Made by a program: the position numbers and the translations under genes. From the NCBI GenBank assembly GCA_020025775.1, contig JAHHRN010000002.1:225652-257651 (forward strand): a stretch of DNA of 32,000 nt, in the 5' to 3' direction. Positions 24,616 to 32,000 of this stretch are shown here, piece after piece (position 1 is the first letter of the stretch; each line of letters opens with the position of its first letter). The DNA comes from Acutalibacter sp. (GTDB taxonomy: Bacteria > Bacillota > Clostridia > Oscillospirales > Acutalibacteraceae). The notes below the pieces were generated by a model. That model searched no databases. It saw nothing but the letters and a program-made list of their open reading frames with translations, and had not been told where the DNA came from.

Positions 24616-26091
24616 ATGATAGACGAACTCAAGAAACCTGCACAGCTGCGCCGACTGCACAAAAGAAACCACAACAAAAAGGTCAAATCCCTACGGCAAA
24701 ATGTCTTACATCCCCTGCTCATTACCATTTCGGTAATCAGTGTTATTATGCTTGTCTTTTTTAACGTGGTTATTATTTTAATGCTGTATTCAGGTGTGTA
24801 CAGCGATATGCGCTCCATCAGCGGCGTGATTGAACAGATTGCGCAGGTAGAGGGTGACACAGCAGATGAGCCGGAGCCTATTTTGGCCTTATTTAAGAAA
24901 GAGCTTGAGCGCCGAAACAGCAACTATCGTGCCAATCTGTTGTTTTTGAATGCAGAAGGCAAAACGGTTGCAAAAGCCTTTGATTTTTATGAAAAGGAGC
25001 AAACCTATCTGGAGAAGAAAATTTCCGAACTCTCTTTTGATAATCTGCGAGATGAAGAGGTTTTAAAGGTCAAAACAGAAAATGATATTCTATTCTTTAC
25101 CTTTATTCCCGTATCGAGCAATACGGGGGCAAAGCTTTGTCTCTACTCCTCCTTTCGCAGCCTTTTAAATACCGTTGTTTCCGGCAACAAGGCGCTTTTG
25201 GTTATTATTGCCTTTTCTGTACTTGGCTTCATTATTGCATCCAACATCATCGCTAAAAATATTTCAAAACCGATTAAAGCACTCAGTGACCATATGGACG
25301 TAATCGGTGACGGCGATTTCACACCGGTCAATATTGAGGGCAGTTCAGCAGAATTAAATAAATTAACAGCCAGTATCAACGAAATGCTCGCGCGACTGGA
25401 AGCCTATAACACTGCACATAATACCTCTATTCAAAACCTTTCGCATGACCTTAGAACGCCTCTTATGTCTATAGGCGGCTATGCGGAAGCTATTCAATAC
25501 GGTATTATGGATTCTGCCGAAGCGGCTGAGGTCATTTTAAAAGAAAGCCAGCGCTTAACCGCAGTTGTAGAAAAGCTTTTGATTTTATCCCAGCTAGATA
25601 CCTTAAACCAACCTGTAAATATGTCGTCTATCTATTTAACGGACTTTATCGAAGAAGAAGCCAAAAGCTTAGACGGCTACGCCATGCAAAATCACGTCAA
25701 AGTCAGCTTTGTTTTTGAACGCAAAAACGTAAAGGTTTTGGCTGACACGAATCTTCTTTCTACTATCATTCGAAATCTACTTTCCAACGCTATTCGCTAT
25801 GCGAAATCTGAAGTTAAAATCACCGTGCACGATACGAACAAAGAAACCTTACTTCGCATATACGATGACGGAACAGGACTTAGCAAAGAGGATTTAAAAT
25901 ACTTATTCACACGCTATTATGTCGGCGAAACCGGGCATTCTGGTTTAGGACTTTCCACCTCAAAAAGTGCAGCCGAATATATGGGCTGTAAGATTTCAGG
26001 GCAAAACAGAAATACATTAAAAGAAGAAGACGACACCGAAAGCAATGCAAACGGTGCCGTCTTCACAGTAAGCTTCCCGAAGTATGAATGA
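24616..26091 (+). CDS. Sensor histidine kinase (2 TM, extracytoplasmic loop, HAMP, HisKA, HATPase)
   Basis: H-box NLSHDLRTPLMSI, N-box LLSNAIRYA, G-boxes DDGTGL and GHSGLGL. ATG 24616 follows GGGTGAG, 5 nt after the response-regulator stop. Confidence 0.85.
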   Translation: MIDELKKPAQLRRLHKRNHNKKVKSLRQNVLHPLLITISVISVIMLVFFNVVIILMLYSGVYSDMRSISGVIEQIAQVEGDTADEPEPILALFKKELERRNSNYRANLLFLNAEGKTVAKAFDFYEKEQTYLEKKISELSFDNLRDEEVLKVKTENDILFFTFIPVSSNTGAKLCLYSSFRSLLNTVVSGNKALLVIIAFSVLGFIIASNIIAKNISKPIKALSDHMDVIGDGDFTPVNIEGSSAELNKLTASINEMLARLEAYNTAHNTSIQNLSHDLRTPLMSIGGYAEAIQYGIMDSAEAAEVILKESQRLTAVVEKLLILSQLDTLNQPVNMSSIYLTDFIEEEAKSLDGYAMQNHVKVSFVFERKNVKVLADTNLLSTIIRNLLSNAIRYAKSEVKITVHDTNKETLLRIYDDGTGLSKEDLKYLFTRYYVGETGHSGLGLSTSKSAAEYMGCKISGQNRNTLKEEDDTESNANGAVFTVSFPKYE

Positions 26092-26115
26092 GCTTCGGGA
26101 AGCTCTTTTTTATTT
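26071..26115 (+). terminator. Rho-independent terminator of the two-component operon (stop codon in the loop)
   Basis: AGCTTCCCGAAG 26071-26082 pairs with CTTCGGGAAGCT 26093-26104, followed by CTTTTTTATTT. Confidence 0.8.
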
Positions 26116-26128
26116 GATTTTGATTACC

Positions 26129-27355
26129 TTAGGCAAGCTTAACCTTGTGGAAAACCTTCTTGCCCTTCTTAATAATTACCTGACCGTCTTTGAAATCCTC
26201 AGCTTTCAGTGTTGCAACGGGATCTGTAACCTTCACATCGTCTACAGAAACGCCGCCCTGCTGAATGAGGCGTCTTGCTTCGCCCTTAGATTTTACCAAA
26301 CCGGCTTTGAGCATAACTTCGTTGAGCGCAATTGCACCATCTTCAAAATCAGCTTCTGTAAGCTCTAAAGTCGGCATATTTTCAGTATCAGCCTTACCGC
26401 TAAAGAGGGCACGAGCAGCTTCCTGTGCCTTAGTGGCCTTTTCTTCGCCGTGTACAAGTGCAGTTAACTCATAAGCCAAAATTTCCTTGGCCTTATTGAG
26501 CTGGCTGCCTTCCCAGCTATCCATCTTTTCGATTTCTTCAAGCGGCAAGAAAGTAAGCATGCGGATGCATTTCAAAACGTCTGCATCGTCCACGTTTCTC
26601 CAGTACTGGTAGAACTCGAAGGGAGAAGTCTTGTTTTCATCAAGCCAAACGGCACCAGACTGAGTCTTACCCATTTTTTTGCCTTCGGAATTAAGGAGCA
26701 AGGTAATAGTCATGGCATAAGCATCTTTACCGAGCTTACGACGAATGAGTTCTGTACCGCCGAGCATGTTGCTCCACTGGTCATCACCACCGAACTGCAT
26801 ATTGCAGCCGTATTTCTGGAAAAGCTCATAGAAGTCGTAGCTCTGCATAATCATGTAGTTAAACTCTAAGAAGCTAAGACCCTTTTCCATACGCTGTTTG
26901 TAGCATTCTGCAGTAAGCATTCTGTTTACGCTGAAGCATGCACCGACATCGCGTAAAAGTTCGATGTAGTTCAAATCCATAAGCCAGTCTGCATTGTTTA
27001 CCATAAGCGCTTTACCGTCGGAAAAGTCGATGAAACGGCTCATCTGCTTTTTAAAGCAATCACAGTTATGCTGAATGGTTTCAGGGGTCATCATCTGACG
27101 CATATCGCTTCTACCGGACGGGTCACCGACCATACCGGTACCGCCACCGATTAAAGCGATCGGCTTGTTGCCTGCCATCTGTAAACGCTTCATAAGGCAA
27201 AGTGCCATAAAGTGACCGACGTGTAAGCTATCTGCAGTGGGGTCGAAACCGATATAGAATACGGCTTTACCGTTGTTAACCAATTCGCGGATTTCAGGTT
27301 CATCTGTTACCTGCGCGATTAAGCCTCTTGCTTGTAATTCTTCATAAACGCCCAT
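26129..27355 (-). CDS. tyrS: Tyrosine--tRNA ligase
   Basis: HIGH region (DSLHVGH), KMSKS-like KMGKT and a C-terminal S4 domain. ATG 27355 follows GGAGGA. The upstream ATG 27370 is part of the RBS. Confidence 0.95.
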   Translation of the reverse strand: MGVYEELQARGLIAQVTDEPEIRELVNNGKAVFYIGFDPTADSLHVGHFMALCLMKRLQMAGNKPIALIGGGTGMVGDPSGRSDMRQMMTPETIQHNCDCFKKQMSRFIDFSDGKALMVNNADWLMDLNYIELLRDVGACFSVNRMLTAECYKQRMEKGLSFLEFNYMIMQSYDFYELFQKYGCNMQFGGDDQWSNMLGGTELIRRKLGKDAYAMTITLLLNSEGKKMGKTQSGAVWLDENKTSPFEFYQYWRNVDDADVLKCIRMLTFLPLEEIEKMDSWEGSQLNKAKEILAYELTALVHGEEKATKAQEAARALFSGKADTENMPTLELTEADFEDGAIALNEVMLKAGLVKSKGEARRLIQQGGVSVDDVKVTDPVATLKAEDFKDGQVIIKKGKKVFHKVKLA

Positions 27356-27382
27356 TTGTTTATCCTCCATAAAATTAATTTT

Positions 27383-27641
27383 AAAATAAAAAACGCCCTC
27401 TGCCTAACACAGAGGGCGTTAAAACGCGTTACCACCTCATTCATCGCTCCCTCACGGAAAGCGACCTTAGCGAGTGACCAACATCACTCTGCGATTAACG
27501 CTCGCACACGGTAAAGACTACTGCAAAACGGTTTGCCTTTACAGCTCCGAGATGTATTTCTAATATATACCGTACTTTCTTGCACCAACCGAAAGCTCTC
27601 TGTAACGCATCTATATTATACTTCTTCTCTTCATTGCCGAT
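27383..27641 (-). promoter_or_regulatory. T-box riboswitch leader (tyrosine specifier) with terminator
   Basis: Minus strand shows AGAGAG, a GGTTGGTGCAA distal-loop-like element, GAAAUACA (UAC at 27556-27554) and the T-box sequence AATGAGGTGGTAACGCG (27440-27424). The terminator AACGCCCTCTG/CAGAGGGCGTT (27420-27392) plus a T-run completes it. Confidence 0.85.
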
Positions 27642-27647
27642 ATGGTG

Positions 27648-27676
27648 ATTATACAGTTTCTTTTACGGTTTGTCAA
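27648..27676 (-). promoter_or_regulatory. Consensus sigmaA promoter of the tyrS T-box leader
   Basis: Minus strand: TTGACA (27676-27671), exactly 17 nt, TATAAT (27653-27648). The -35 lies inside the last codons of recN. Confidence 0.7.
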
Positions 27677-29357
27677 CCGTATTTTCGGATTTTGCATTTA
27701 ATAAAAGTTCTTCGGCATTTTGTAGCTGCAAATCCGTAATGGTTAAGCCGCCGAGAATTCTGGCAAGTTCTTGCTTTCTACCTTCGAAATCCAATACTTT
27801 AAGCTCGGTAAAAGTTTTGCCGTCACGCTCAAATTTCTGGATTTGTAAATGTGCATCGCCGTAAGCAGCGATTTGCGCCAAATGTGTAATGCAAATAACC
27901 TGATGACACTTTGAAAGTGCTTTGAGCTGAATGGCAATTTTCTGCGCCGCTCTGCCACTGACACCAGTATCAATTTCATCGAAAATCAAGGTATCAATCT
28001 TATCTTTCTCTGCAAGCACGCTCTTAATTGCCAGCATAATTCTGGAAAGCTCACCACCGGAAGCAATTTTAGAAAGCGGCTTCGGTTCTTCGCCAGCATT
28101 GGCAGAAAGGAAAAACTCCACGCCGTCTAAGCCGGTAGAAGAAAGCCCTTCCAGTTCTGTAAATTCAATCGTAAAGGAAACCGACGGCATATCGAGGAAT
28201 GAAAGCACTTTAGAAACATCCGCACGGAATTTTGCTGCCGCTGCCATACGAGATTTGCGAAGCTTTAAAGCAAGTTCCGTTGCTGCTGCTCGTTTTTGCT
28301 TTTTTTCATTCAAAAGTCGTTCTTTCGTTTCGTCAGAAAGCTCGATTTCTTGCTGCTCTTGTTTGGCTCTTTCCAAATAAGTCAGCATTTCTTCTTCCGT
28401 ATCACCGTATTTTCTGCGAAGCTGAGAAAGCAAATCTAGGCGTTCCTCTAAAGCATCCGCTTGACTTTCATCAAACGCATCGGAATCCATTACTTCACGA
28501 AGTTCCTCGGAAAAAGCTTCTAAATTATAAGCCGCTTCCCGAATACCGGAAAGGAGCTGTGTATATTCGTTTGTATAGCCCTCTATACTCTCTAAACAGT
28601 TAGTTGCCTGCATGGCAAGGGAAGATGCACCCACCCCGTCCTCGGAACCGTTTAAAAGCGCATAAGCTTCTCTCAGCGCCGCTGTAATACGTTCGGCGTT
28701 TCGAAGCATACTGAGCTTTTCTGTGATTTCCTCGGTTTCGCCGACAGCAATTTGCGCCGATTCCAATTCATCAATCTGGTAAGATAAAATATCTAAACGG
28801 CGAAGCTTTTCTGTTTCATCGGTATTTAACGCATCATAGGCTTTTTTCGCTTCTTTATAAGCTTTAAATGCGGTTTTATACTCCGCAAGTAAGGCTTCGT
28901 TTTGTGCTAAGCTATCTAAATAGCCCCTGTGATTGTCTGCATTTAAAAGGCTTTGATTATCTGCCTGCCCATGGATATTCACAAGCTCTTTGGTAATGGC
29001 TTTTATCGTAGAAACCGTTACCGTTACGCCGTTGATTTTGCAAAGGTTTCTGCCTTCCTGCGTCATGCGGCGCTGCACTAAAATAGAGCCGTCCTCTTCC
29101 ACCGGTAAATCAAAAGATTCCAAAATCTCCGTAATATGCGCACGGCTGTCATAAAACAGCGCTGAAACAAATGCATAATCACAGCCTGTACGGATTAGCT
29201 CTCGGGAGGTTCTCTCACCTAAAACTGCATTAATTGAATCAATAACAATGGATTTACCCGTACCGGTTTCACCGGTCATAATATTAAAGCCATTTTCAAA
29301 GGGAATGGTTGCTTTTTTGATGACCGCTATATTTTCAATTTGCAATTCACAAAGCAT
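27663..29357 (-). CDS. recN: DNA repair protein RecN
   Basis: N-terminal Walker A (MTGETGTGKS), a long coiled-coil, and a C-terminal signature/Walker B (ASGGELSRIMLAIK...LIFDEIDTGVSG). Confidence 0.95.
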   Translation of the reverse strand: MLCELQIENIAVIKKATIPFENGFNIMTGETGTGKSIVIDSINAVLGERTSRELIRTGCDYAFVSALFYDSRAHITEILESFDLPVEEDGSILVQRRMTQEGRNLCKINGVTVTVSTIKAITKELVNIHGQADNQSLLNADNHRGYLDSLAQNEALLAEYKTAFKAYKEAKKAYDALNTDETEKLRRLDILSYQIDELESAQIAVGETEEITEKLSMLRNAERITAALREAYALLNGSEDGVGASSLAMQATNCLESIEGYTNEYTQLLSGIREAAYNLEAFSEELREVMDSDAFDESQADALEERLDLLSQLRRKYGDTEEEMLTYLERAKQEQQEIELSDETKERLLNEKKQKRAAATELALKLRKSRMAAAAKFRADVSKVLSFLDMPSVSFTIEFTELEGLSSTGLDGVEFFLSANAGEEPKPLSKIASGGELSRIMLAIKSVLAEKDKIDTLIFDEIDTGVSGRAAQKIAIQLKALSKCHQVICITHLAQIAAYGDAHLQIQKFERDGKTFTELKVLDFEGRKQELARILGGLTITDLQLQNAEELLLNAKSENTVDKP

Positions 29358-29360
29358 GCG

Positions 29361-29819
29361 TTATCCCTCACTTAACATATCTTGAAGCTTTGCTTTTAAT
29401 TCCTTTGCACCGTTTTCAGTACGGCAAAGAATAAACAAGGTATCATCGCCGGCAAGAGAGCCGACAATGGTCGGAAAATGCATACTGTCAATCGCAACAC
29501 CTGCCGCATTAGCTGTGCCTTCGTAGCACTTGATTACACAAATATTGCCTGCGTAATCTACATTTTTCACAGACTGTGCAAAGAAATTATAGAATTTATC
29601 CTGGTGCGCTTTGCTGGACTGCATACGATTGGTCATATACTTTGTCATGCCATTGTGCGCCGGGGATTTAATGAGCTGCAATTCTTTAATATCGCGGGAT
29701 ACCGTTGCCTGCGTAACGGGAAAGCCGCTTTGTTGAAGTAAAAGCATAAGCTCGTCTTGCGTTGTAATTTCATGTTCTTCAATTAAACGTAAAATGGTTT
29801 CCTGTCTCTTCTTTTTCAT
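29361..29819 (-). CDS. argR: Arginine repressor
   Basis: Winged-helix N-terminus (TQDELMLLLQQSGFPVTQATVSRDIKEL) and a C-terminal GSLAGDDTLFIL oligomerisation/arginine-binding motif. Confidence 0.9.
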   Translation of the reverse strand: MKKKRQETILRLIEEHEITTQDELMLLLQQSGFPVTQATVSRDIKELQLIKSPAHNGMTKYMTNRMQSSKAHQDKFYNFFAQSVKNVDYAGNICVIKCYEGTANAAGVAIDSMHFPTIVGSLAGDDTLFILCRTENGAKELKAKLQDMLSEG

Positions 29820-30677
29820 TTAAGCTCTCCTCTGCGATAATTTGCTGTTTAAAACATCAATAAAGGAATCATTTTTTATACGAATAAAGTCGGCGTAATC
29901 CTCCGCTTTACGAATATAAATCGTACTTCCGGGTTTAATCTCGATTGCGTCGTCCCCGTCGCAAGAAAGATTGACTTCCTGTGCTTTATTCGGTACGGAA
30001 ATTTGAATAAGCGCATTCTTTTCAAAAATCAAAGAACGGGCAAACAAAGAATGGGTGCAAATCGGTGTTAAAATAATACTTTCAATATTGGGGTCCACTA
30101 CTGGTCCGCCTGCAGAAAGCGAATAAGCGGTTGAGCCTGTCGGCGTGGAAAGAATAATACCGTCGGTATAGTAATGATTAACCAGCTTTTCATCCGCAAA
30201 CACATCTAAAGTAATCAACTTGATTTGTGCACCACGTGCGATAACAACATCGTTTAAACATCTGCCAAGGCACTGCAAAGGTGCATTTTCGCCCTCTTTA
30301 TAAAAAACCTCGAACATCATTCTAGGATCTATGGAGTAATTGCCGACAATAAGATCCTCTAAAAGATGCAACTCATTTTTTTCAATACCTGCCATAAAGG
30401 CAAGGTTCCCTGCATTGACACCAAGCACGGGTTTTTTATAAAGCACAGCTTTTTTAGCGGCGTGAATTAAGGAACCGTCTCCACCGATTGCAATGACCAT
30501 ATCACAATCGGACAGAAGCTTTTCTGTTTCTAAAAAACAATCTGTTTTCGGAAGCTCCCCTTCTAAATCCTTTTCAAAAAAATACTGTACTTCTAAGCGA
30601 TCCAAAATATCGCAAACCTCAAGGGTTACTTGCAGAGCACAGGCTCTTGTTAAGTTTGGAATTAAAGCTATTTTCAT
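29820..30677 (-). CDS. nadK: NAD kinase
   Basis: GGDGS motif (IAIGGDGSLIHAAK), with NGxxxL and TPTGSTAYSLSAGGP blocks. Confidence 0.9.
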   Translation of the reverse strand: MKIALIPNLTRACALQVTLEVCDILDRLEVQYFFEKDLEGELPKTDCFLETEKLLSDCDMVIAIGGDGSLIHAAKKAVLYKKPVLGVNAGNLAFMAGIEKNELHLLEDLIVGNYSIDPRMMFEVFYKEGENAPLQCLGRCLNDVVIARGAQIKLITLDVFADEKLVNHYYTDGIILSTPTGSTAYSLSAGGPVVDPNIESIILTPICTHSLFARSLIFEKNALIQISVPNKAQEVNLSCDGDDAIEIKPGSTIYIRKAEDYADFIRIKNDSFIDVLNSKLSQRRA

Positions 30678-30686
30678 GATAACGTC

Positions 30687-31490
30687 CTACTTTAACGTTT
30701 CGTGGGAAAGAGATACAAGCTCCTCCACGTTGTATTCTACCGACACATTCGGTGTTTTTTCTATATACATAAGGTATTCAATATTGCCTTCCGGTCCTTT
30801 AATCGGAGAGAAGTCTAACCCCTTTACAGAGAAACCGGTTTCTTTGGCAAATGCTGTTATGGTTTCCACAACAGACTCATGCACCTTCGGGTCACGAACT
30901 ACGCCTTTTTTACCAACGCTGTCTTTTCCAGCTTCAAACTGGGGCTTGATGAGGCACACAGCGCTTCCGTTCTCTTTTAATAGGATATATAAAACGGGTA
31001 AAATGATTTTAAGTGAGATGAAAGATACATCTACACTTGCAAAATCCAAAAGCTCGTCAATATCTGCCGGTGTCAAATAGCGGAAGTTTGTGCGTTCCAT
31101 ATTGACAACACGTTCGTCTGTACGCAGTGACCAGGCAAGCTGACCATAGCCGACGTCAACAGAATACACTTTTTTTGCGCCACTCTGCAACATACAATCT
31201 GTAAAGCCGCCAGTAGACGCACCAATGTCCATGCATACATCATCCTGTAAGGTAATCGGAAAGACTTGCATAGCTTTTTGTAATTTATATCCGCCGCGGC
31301 TGACAAAAGGCATTTTCTCGCCGCGAACTTCTAATTTATCAGAGGCTTTCACCATAACACCGGATTTCAAAGCCTTTTGCCCGTTGACATAGACCTTGCC
31401 TTCCATAATGAGCGCCGCGGCTTTACTGCGTGTTTCACAGTAGCCACGTTCGCAAACCTCAACATCCAATCTATTTTTTGTTTCTGCCAT
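30687..31490 (-). CDS. tlyA: TlyA-family rRNA (cytidine-2'-O)-methyltransferase
   Basis: S4-like N-terminus, FVSRGGYKL, a SAM motif (DIGASTGGFTDC) and VDVGYGQL. Confidence 0.9.
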   Translation of the reverse strand: MAETKNRLDVEVCERGYCETRSKAAALIMEGKVYVNGQKALKSGVMVKASDKLEVRGEKMPFVSRGGYKLQKAMQVFPITLQDDVCMDIGASTGGFTDCMLQSGAKKVYSVDVGYGQLAWSLRTDERVVNMERTNFRYLTPADIDELLDFASVDVSFISLKIILPVLYILLKENGSAVCLIKPQFEAGKDSVGKKGVVRDPKVHESVVETITAFAKETGFSVKGLDFSPIKGPEGNIEYLMYIEKTPNVSVEYNVEELVSLSHETLK

Positions 31491-31491
31491 T

Positions 31492-32000
31492 CTAATTCTC
31501 CGTAATCGCAGCTAACATACCGTCATAATCCAAACCGTAGCGCTTTAATTGAGCATCTACAGAAGCGTGAATTACAAATTCATCCGGTACAGCTGTTAAA
31601 TGATAATCGCCCTTAAAGGCGGTTTGTGTAAGTGCAAAGCCGAAAGTTTCACCGATACCGCCACGGCGAATGCCCTCTTCAAAGAAGAAAACTTTTTTCG
31701 CAGTAGACGCAAGCTTTACAGCTTCCTCAGGCAGAGGAATAATTCGGTTGAGCTTAATCACAGCAACTGCCTGTCCGCTTTGGCGCAGTGTATCACAAAC
31801 CCGAATCGCTGTTGCAGAAATTTTACCGTAGGTAACCAGTGCGATTTCTGCCTCTGTGTCGCCATATACCTCATAGTTTGCAAAGGTGTCTTCGATTTCT
31901 TCCGGTAAATCCGGCTCGCATCCGCGAGGATAGCGAATGGCTAAGACGCCCTCTTGATGATAGATGGCTTCGATAAAGTCATGTTTTAATCCCTTATAGC
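31492..32000 (-). CDS. dxs: 1-deoxy-D-xylulose-5-phosphate synthase, C-terminal part (5' end outside window)
   Basis: By my manual translation, the frame stays open on the minus strand up to the window edge: ...AIRYPRGCEP...ALVTYGKISATAI...AVIKLNRIIPLPEE...DEFVIHASVDAQLKRYGLD. This matches the DXS C-terminal transketolase domain. The listed 89-aa ORF is only the part after an internal GTG. Confidence 0.85.
   Translation of the reverse strand, partial: YKGLKHDFIEAIYHQEGVLAIRYPRGCEPDLPEEIEDTFANYEVYGDTEAEIALVTYGKISATAIRVCDTLRQSGQAVAVIKLNRIIPLPEEAVKLASTAKKVFFFEEGIRRGGIGETFGFALTQTAFKGDYHLTAVPDEFVIHASVDAQLKRYGLDYDGMLAAITEN

Noticed and set aside
26084-26368. 94-aa ORF on the plus strand after the histidine kinase gene
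   Set aside because: It starts inside the operon terminator and is antisense to the tyrS 3' end, so it is a shadow frame.
27533-28603. Plus-strand ORFs (68, 64, 149 and 123 aa) across the T-box leader and recN
   Set aside because: They are antisense to a conserved leader RNA and to recN, with Ser-rich low-complexity translations and no RBS.
30493-31080. 195-aa plus-strand ORF spanning the nadK/tlyA junction
   Set aside because: It is antisense to two well-supported genes and crosses their intergenic gap. Its composition is Ser/Thr/Phe-rich and it has no RBS.
1-32000. CRISPR arrays, tRNA/rRNA genes, transposases, toxin-antitoxin pairs or known defence genes
   Set aside because: I scanned the intergenic regions and the ORF list. 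There are no regularly spaced repeats, no tRNA-like GTTCGA/T-loop contexts, and no nuclease, helicase or methylase gene sets of the kind seen in defence islands. The window is dominated by conserved housekeeping and sporulation genes.

Overview
This window reads as core chromosome of an endospore-forming Firmicute, probably a Clostridia-type organism. That assignment is an inference from spoIIGA-sigE, a SpoIIM-like gene, the DUF1667 flavoprotein trio and the leader-RNA repertoire. I support 31 protein-coding genes. Left to right they are: ruvX (partial), spoIIGA-sigE, a GlpA-like flavoprotein / pyridine-nucleotide oxidoreductase / DUF1667 trio, and an orphan sortase-anchored surface protein. 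Next come a TtcA-like PP-loop ATPase, rplM-rpsI, an RluA-family pseudouridine synthase, a DUF348/G5/3D (YabE-like) wall protein and a Xer-type tyrosine recombinase. These are followed by SpoIIM-like and small membrane proteins, yajC-tgt-queA, asd-dapA-dapB, and a GT4 glycosyltransferase plus PlsC-type acyltransferase. The window ends with a divergent OmpR-family two-component system, tyrS, and recN-argR-nadK-tlyA-dxs (dxs partial). Two classical cis-regulatory RNAs are recognisable by their conserved boxes: a lysine (L-box) riboswitch ahead of asd, and a Tyr T-box ahead of tyrS. Many intrinsic terminators and several consensus-grade sigmaA-type promoters are visible. I saw no tRNA or rRNA, no CRISPR array, no transposase or phage genes, and no recognisable defence genes. 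I do not see a convincing novel multi-gene system. There are three leads worth follow-up. (1) A 630-bp ORF-free spacer (13043-13675) carries a perfect TTGACA-17-TATAAT promoter overlapped by a perfect 13-bp inverted repeat, next to the recombinase gene. (2) An isolated IPKTG-anchored surface protein has a roughly 430-aa N-terminal region I cannot place in any family. (3) A Pho-box-like 7-bp direct repeat with 11-bp phasing sits in the divergent region between the two-component system and the glycolipid-type operon. All coordinates of motifs were counted by hand from the printed sequence. Family assignments come from motif recognition, not from database searches.
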